Position numbers and translations under genes: made by a program. Positions 59,749-64,000 of a DNA stretch of 64,000 bases are shown one piece after another. Location of the stretch: IMG/VR virus record IMGVR_UViG_3300026735_000021, positions 22,625 to 86,624 of that record; one strand, given 5' to 3'. Within the stretch, counting starts at the first letter, position 1, and each line of letters begins with the position of its first letter. A model generated the notes under the pieces. It made no database searches, was not told the origin of the DNA, and saw nothing but the letters and a program-made list of their open reading frames with translations. Source of the DNA: a virus (taxonomy: Duplodnaviria > Caudoviricetes).

Positions 59749-62115
59749 TCAATCAAATTCGCGAAAATCTGAATTTTCCATAATTGACTGAGATGCATCC
59801 ATTGCAATTTGATCAGCATCAAGAGACGCTTGTATTTCTTTGAGTAGGTCTCTACGATCATCTAATCTGATAGTTTTATAGTTTCTATTATCCATAAAGT
59901 CGCCAACATCAGGAGCAATCACTTTGATTTCATGTTTATCCTCAGCAACAGCCGCCGCCCCTTTCATATCATCAATATCAATACTGGCTCTATGTGTAAC
60001 ACTTAATGGTTGATTTGTTTTATTCAAATAATGATTAGCATCTTGTAGAACAACATTGCGCAAACGATATGCCTCTACAAAATTTTGAGCATTGGCGGGA
60101 CTAATACTATTATCAATTCTTCCATAAAAATCAATGCCTAAATGATGTAGGTCCAAAGCTTTTACCGAGTTGAAATGATCTTGGTCAATTCCATCGGCCC
60201 TAGTCTTTGGAGCAAATGGAGCTACAAATACACCATTACCATACTGCATTTGATCATGATATTCCATAACATCCATATTTTCAAATCCAGACGATACAGC
60301 AGTCCATTCACGAGCTGTGGCGACACCTTTAACAAAACAATCAAAGGTGTAATTTCTCAATTCTTTTGTATAACTTTTCTTATCATTAACAATTTCATCA
60401 ATAATAACTGAACGATACGAATCATCATAAACTCTTGATCCAGATAATACACCATATTCAGCATATACACGAGAATCAATCAAACTAATATTTTCAACAA
60501 TATCAATATCTGACGGCAAATTCAATTTAGACAACAAATTATCATCGTCAAAATCATAAATCAATTGTTCTTTTTTATGAATGGCATTGAATTGGTCTGT
60601 CAATTGTTCATAACGTGGAGTCATTTCTTCAACATTTTTCAAATCAAATCGATGATTAAACTTGAAAAAATAACGATATTTATCTACGAGCTTCATATTG
60701 TAATCTAATTCTTCTTCATAAAATCTACGCATTACCAATGCGTCTAAAGCTACTTGACCCATATCGTATTGTTGATCAAATTGATCTAACGCTTGTTTGT
60801 ATTCTATTGTCTCTTTCATATGAGTATCACGTCGATTGTTGAAGCCTCTAATTCGAAGTTCAAAACCAACGGCATCGAACGAATCAGGCTCTTTTTTGGA
60901 CAGCATTGACTTCAACTCATTATCTGAGCTACTCTGAACGTCAATCATTGGCGTTTGTATTTCTAAATCAGACTCAGATACTTCATTAGATAAAAATGAG
61001 TACAAACCATTTACAGACCGTTCTATTATTAATTTTTTACCATTATCAATCAATTTTTGTCGTTCAGTTAAACTTAGACCGTCATCAGATCGACGTTGAT
61101 TGCTGTAATCCAAAATTGATCTCAATGTTTTAGAATACCCACTCTTATCCGGCTGTTCTTTGAATAATCGAGATACAATAGACTCGGCTAATTCATTACT
61201 CCGAGACATTTTTTCATTATTTGTACTATATCTCCACAAATTCTTATTTTTAGGCAAAGATGCAACTAATAATTGTAATGTTGTATTATGACTAATTTCA
61301 TCATAGGCATAATCTTTAACAAATGATACAACATTACGTCTATCTAAATCCACTTGATGATGAAAAGACTTCATGGCTTTCATATCAATTAACGCATGAT
61401 TAATTCCAAACCGTAATGATGATTTCTCAGTTTCATGTATTTTCCCCCGATCATACCCATCATATACGGTTCTATGCGTTGAAAATTCTTTATCTACTAA
61501 CGCCAAATGGCAATGAACATGACTTGTATCTACTTGAATGACTCCTACCCATTCAGGAGCCTTATATCCACCGTCTCGTGTCATTTTCGTAATTCCTGAT
61601 GTAATTGCCTGCCTCAGTTTCAACTGGTCTAATTGGCCCCTATATGAGCCTTTGCCAGCGAACTGAAATGACTTGTCAACAACACCTGTTTCATGCAAAT
61701 ATTCATCTGTAAAGCTGAGAACGATCTTTTGAACAGTATGCCCCTCATCGAATGCTTTTTGTATTTCTTTACTGGTATCGACCAACTGTTTACCACTTAA
61801 TGAAATATGTTTACGACCAAAACCTCGTCCACTTAAATATTCTAACTCATTAAATTCCTGTTTAAGTTCTTTAACTGAGCCTCTAGGCCCAAGTAATTTC
61901 ATCTTTTCAGTTGCATCGGCTCTAGCCATATACCGTGTTGCATAAAAAACAAGCCCACTGTCGTTCACTTCAACAGGGGCTAATGTTTCGGTCGCATCTT
62001 CACGGGACATATAATCAATGACAAACTTACCAGGAGTACTACCCCTAGTTCCACGACTGCCACCAGCCGTATTTGTAAATTCATTTTTAATTACAATAGC
62101 CTTTTTCAAGTCCAT
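59749..62115 (-). CDS. MobL-family relaxase
   Basis: VIDYMSREDATE (motif I Tyr), QKIVLSFT.EYL (motif II), GVIQVDTSHVHCHLAL (HUH motif III). Confidence 0.88.
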   Translation of the reverse strand: MDLKKAIVIKNEFTNTAGGSRGTRGSTPGKFVIDYMSREDATETLAPVEVNDSGLVFYATRYMARADATEKMKLLGPRGSVKELKQEFNELEYLSGRGFGRKHISLSGKQLVDTSKEIQKAFDEGHTVQKIVLSFTDEYLHETGVVDKSFQFAGKGSYRGQLDQLKLRQAITSGITKMTRDGGYKAPEWVGVIQVDTSHVHCHLALVDKEFSTHRTVYDGYDRGKIHETEKSSLRFGINHALIDMKAMKSFHHQVDLDRRNVVSFVKDYAYDEISHNTTLQLLVASLPKNKNLWRYSTNNEKMSRSNELAESIVSRLFKEQPDKSGYSKTLRSILDYSNQRRSDDGLSLTERQKLIDNGKKLIIERSVNGLYSFLSNEVSESDLEIQTPMIDVQSSSDNELKSMLSKKEPDSFDAVGFELRIRGFNNRRDTHMKETIEYKQALDQFDQQYDMGQVALDALVMRRFYEEELDYNMKLVDKYRYFFKFNHRFDLKNVEEMTPRYEQLTDQFNAIHKKEQLIYDFDDDNLLSKLNLPSDIDIVENISLIDSRVYAEYGVLSGSRVYDDSYRSVIIDEIVNDKKSYTKELRNYTFDCFVKGVATAREWTAVSSGFENMDVMEYHDQMQYGNGVFVAPFAPKTRADGIDQDHFNSVKALDLHHLGIDFYGRIDNSISPANAQNFVEAYRLRNVVLQDANHYLNKTNQPLSVTHRASIDIDDMKGAAAVAEDKHEIKVIAPDVGDFMDNRNYKTIRLDDRRDLLKEIQASLDADQIAMDASQSIMENSDFREFD

Positions 62116-62134
62116 AAAGCACCACCTTTAATAA

Positions 62135-63100
62135 TTAAAATTCTAAACCATCATCTTTCACTTTTTTACGAGGAGATGGTTTTGGTTCAGGATTAGACGC
62201 AACAGATGTTGACGCCAAATCTCTCAATTTTTGTTCTTTTAATTCACGGATAGCTATATCTTCTGAACTTTCGCCAAACATACGAGAATTAAAGTCATCA
62301 TCTTCCAACTTAACATCTACAACAGCATCTTCGGTGTCAATATTCAAATCATCATCCTGCGCAATATCACCCGTTGGAGCTTCAAAAATCGTTTCATTAT
62401 CTAAATCACCAGTCAAGTCGACCACTTCATCTTGATTTTCTAATTCAGATACAATTGAACTTGTTGATAAACCTTGACGTGCATATTCATCGGCAATTGC
62501 TGCTACCGTTGTAATGATTTTACTAAATGATGTATACGGTGAATTCTCAATTTCGGTTTCAGTAACAGGAACACGATGCGTTTTTGATTGAATTGCTCCA
62601 ACAAAAACTAAAGGAACAATATGGCCATCGTCTTTAGCTAAGCCAACATGTTGAATTGCTGTTTCTGTTTCCATTTCAAACTGTTCATCCTGCAAAAATT
62701 TAGACAAAACAGTGTCAAACCGAGGATTACTGTAAAGACCAGCATCAATAAATTGCTTAATCTCCGTATCATTCATCTCATAAATATAATCAAATGTAGG
62801 CTCATCACCTGTCATAAATCGAACAGTATCAATATTATCCGCGATTTCTCCCGTCATTTGAACAATACTAGCATTCACTTTGATTCGAGGGCGACTAATT
62901 TGTCCGACATATGAATCAGATAGCAACATACGACCTGAATTAATTCGACTCGTTATGATTGACGTTGATTTTGATTTTTTAAGACCAGCTTCTGTCTCTT
63001 TTGTTGCTCCCGGATTAAACTTATGTTCGGTCAAATGTAAAAGAGCTGATCCTGTTGGTGTTTCTGTATTTAGCGCAATAACTTGGCTCATGAAATACAT
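62135..63100 (-). CDS. Hypothetical protein, acidic C-terminus
   Basis: 321-aa ORF immediately upstream of the relaxase, ends DDGLEF. Confidence 0.65.
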   Translation of the reverse strand: MYFMSQVIALNTETPTGSALLHLTEHKFNPGATKETEAGLKKSKSTSIITSRINSGRMLLSDSYVGQISRPRIKVNASIVQMTGEIADNIDTVRFMTGDEPTFDYIYEMNDTEIKQFIDAGLYSNPRFDTVLSKFLQDEQFEMETETAIQHVGLAKDDGHIVPLVFVGAIQSKTHRVPVTETEIENSPYTSFSKIITTVAAIADEYARQGLSTSSIVSELENQDEVVDLTGDLDNETIFEAPTGDIAQDDDLNIDTEDAVVDVKLEDDDFNSRMFGESSEDIAIRELKEQKLRDLASTSVASNPEPKPSPRKKVKDDGLEF

Positions 63101-63235
63101 CCTTTCATATAGTGGTACTATAACAAATACATACTAATTAATAATCTATACTCTTAATATTACCACAAATATCAGTCAAAAACAAGTTTTTAGTGAACAA
63201 AAAAAAAGATGAGAATAATCTCATCTTCTATGTTA

Positions 63236-63724
63236 TTACAGCTCAGCATCCAAATCTTCTTCTTTTGCTTTTTCCGTAGATTTTTCTTTTGCCGCTTCAC
63301 GAGCAGCCGCACGTTCATTACGAACTTCCAAAGTACGTTCTTTATGTTTTTCATTGTCAAATGGTTGATCAACATGTTTAACCGTCTTTGTATTTACGAT
63401 AAAGCCTTTACCATTTGCTGATGGCATAAGATCTGCTTCAAATACGGGGTGTGTTCCATCTGTATTGGCAACGGCCATAATATCATCATATTGTTGCTTA
63501 GAATATGATTCTTTCATCCATGTTTGAGATTTACCGTCTTTATCCGTATATTGTTTATACACTAAAGATGGATCAGTAATAACACGGTTATTATCTGTTT
63601 CCAAATCATTAGCCATTACAAGCTGAAGATTTTTACCCGTTTGTTTTTCACCTTTTTGATCAAATGCACTGATCAATGCAATACGGTTGCCTTTATAAGA
63701 CATTCCTTTTCTAATTGTAGCCAT
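63236..63724 (-). CDS. Hypothetical protein
   Basis: 162-aa ORF with RBS AAGGAG and TG-TATAAT promoter. Confidence 0.65.
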   Translation of the reverse strand: MATIRKGMSYKGNRIALISAFDQKGEKQTGKNLQLVMANDLETDNNRVITDPSLVYKQYTDKDGKSQTWMKESYSKQQYDDIMAVANTDGTHPVFEADLMPSANGKGFIVNTKTVKHVDQPFDNEKHKERTLEVRNERAAAREAAKEKSTEKAKEEDLDAEL

Positions 63725-63871
63725 AATAGTAAGCTCCTTTTATTTATATAAATTTTTACTATAAATATATTATAACATATCATTAAATATATTAAAAATT
63801 TAGTTTAAACAATGTGTTTAAAACAGGAAAGCCATAATATTAATATTCTAATTCATTAGACTTAATCGGGT

Positions 63872-64000
63872 TTACAGTTCGTAAAAACCATGTAAAATGT
63901 GAAGTTACGTTAATACCCATTTATCTGAATCTTGTTCAGATTAACGATAAATGAAATAAGGGCATACTGCCTACCTTTATCCAGTTAACATTTCTGTTTT
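63872..64000. repeat. 129-bp direct repeat, copy 2 (runs off window)
   Basis: Identical to 18897..19025. Confidence 0.95.

Noticed and set aside
486-63421. Numerous 60-130 aa track ORFs antisense to or nested within long genes (e.g. 2242..2505, 14695..15018, 28451..28819, 37677..38135, 55007..55405)
   Set aside because: Shadow ORFs without RBS or recognisable motifs, overlapping well-supported genes
59660-63870. oriT near the relaxase
   Set aside because: No nic-like sequence or inverted repeat could be supported by eye
1-64000. Prophage or jumbo phage
   Set aside because: Phage-like enzymes are present but no terminase, portal, capsid or tail genes are recognisable, and relaxase plus VirD4 indicate conjugation; cannot be excluded outside the window

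Overview
AT-rich 64-kb segment of a large conjugative mobile element (probably a megaplasmid) of a low-GC Gram-positive host; a lactic acid bacterium is plausible but the host cannot be fixed from sequence alone. Left half (mostly + strand): a self-contained secA-trx-secE-secY-secG protein-export operon, a sortase, uracil-DNA glycosylase, a MoxR/vWA/Clp-ATPase/UvrD operon, EPS-locus cargo (cpsB-like phosphatase, glycosyltransferase), a secreted nuclease, ATP-dependent DNA ligase, a RecD2-like helicase, a 1-kb field of GTGGAAC repeats (candidate origin) and a P4/D5-type SF3 helicase. Right half (mostly - strand): a transfer region with a MobL-type relaxase, a second Clp-like ATPase, and a VirD4/TraG coupling-protein gene split into four exons by two group I introns (each with a PD-(D/E)xK homing endonuclease) and one ORF-less group II intron. 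It is followed by a 2062-aa protein carrying both beta-like and beta'-like catalytic motifs of two-barrel RNA polymerases in one chain. Most striking points: the element-encoded single-chain RNAP next to the coupling protein; the triple-intron virD4, in which both group I junctions are one nucleotide out of frame under canonical splicing; the complete mobile SecAYEG; an in-frame 84-bp copy of virD4 inside another gene; an element-wide palindromic operator; and a 129-bp repeat that looks like a promoter-driven ncRNA. All calls are from motif reading by eye; no searches were run. No tRNA, rRNA, CRISPR array, IS transposase or virion gene was recognised.
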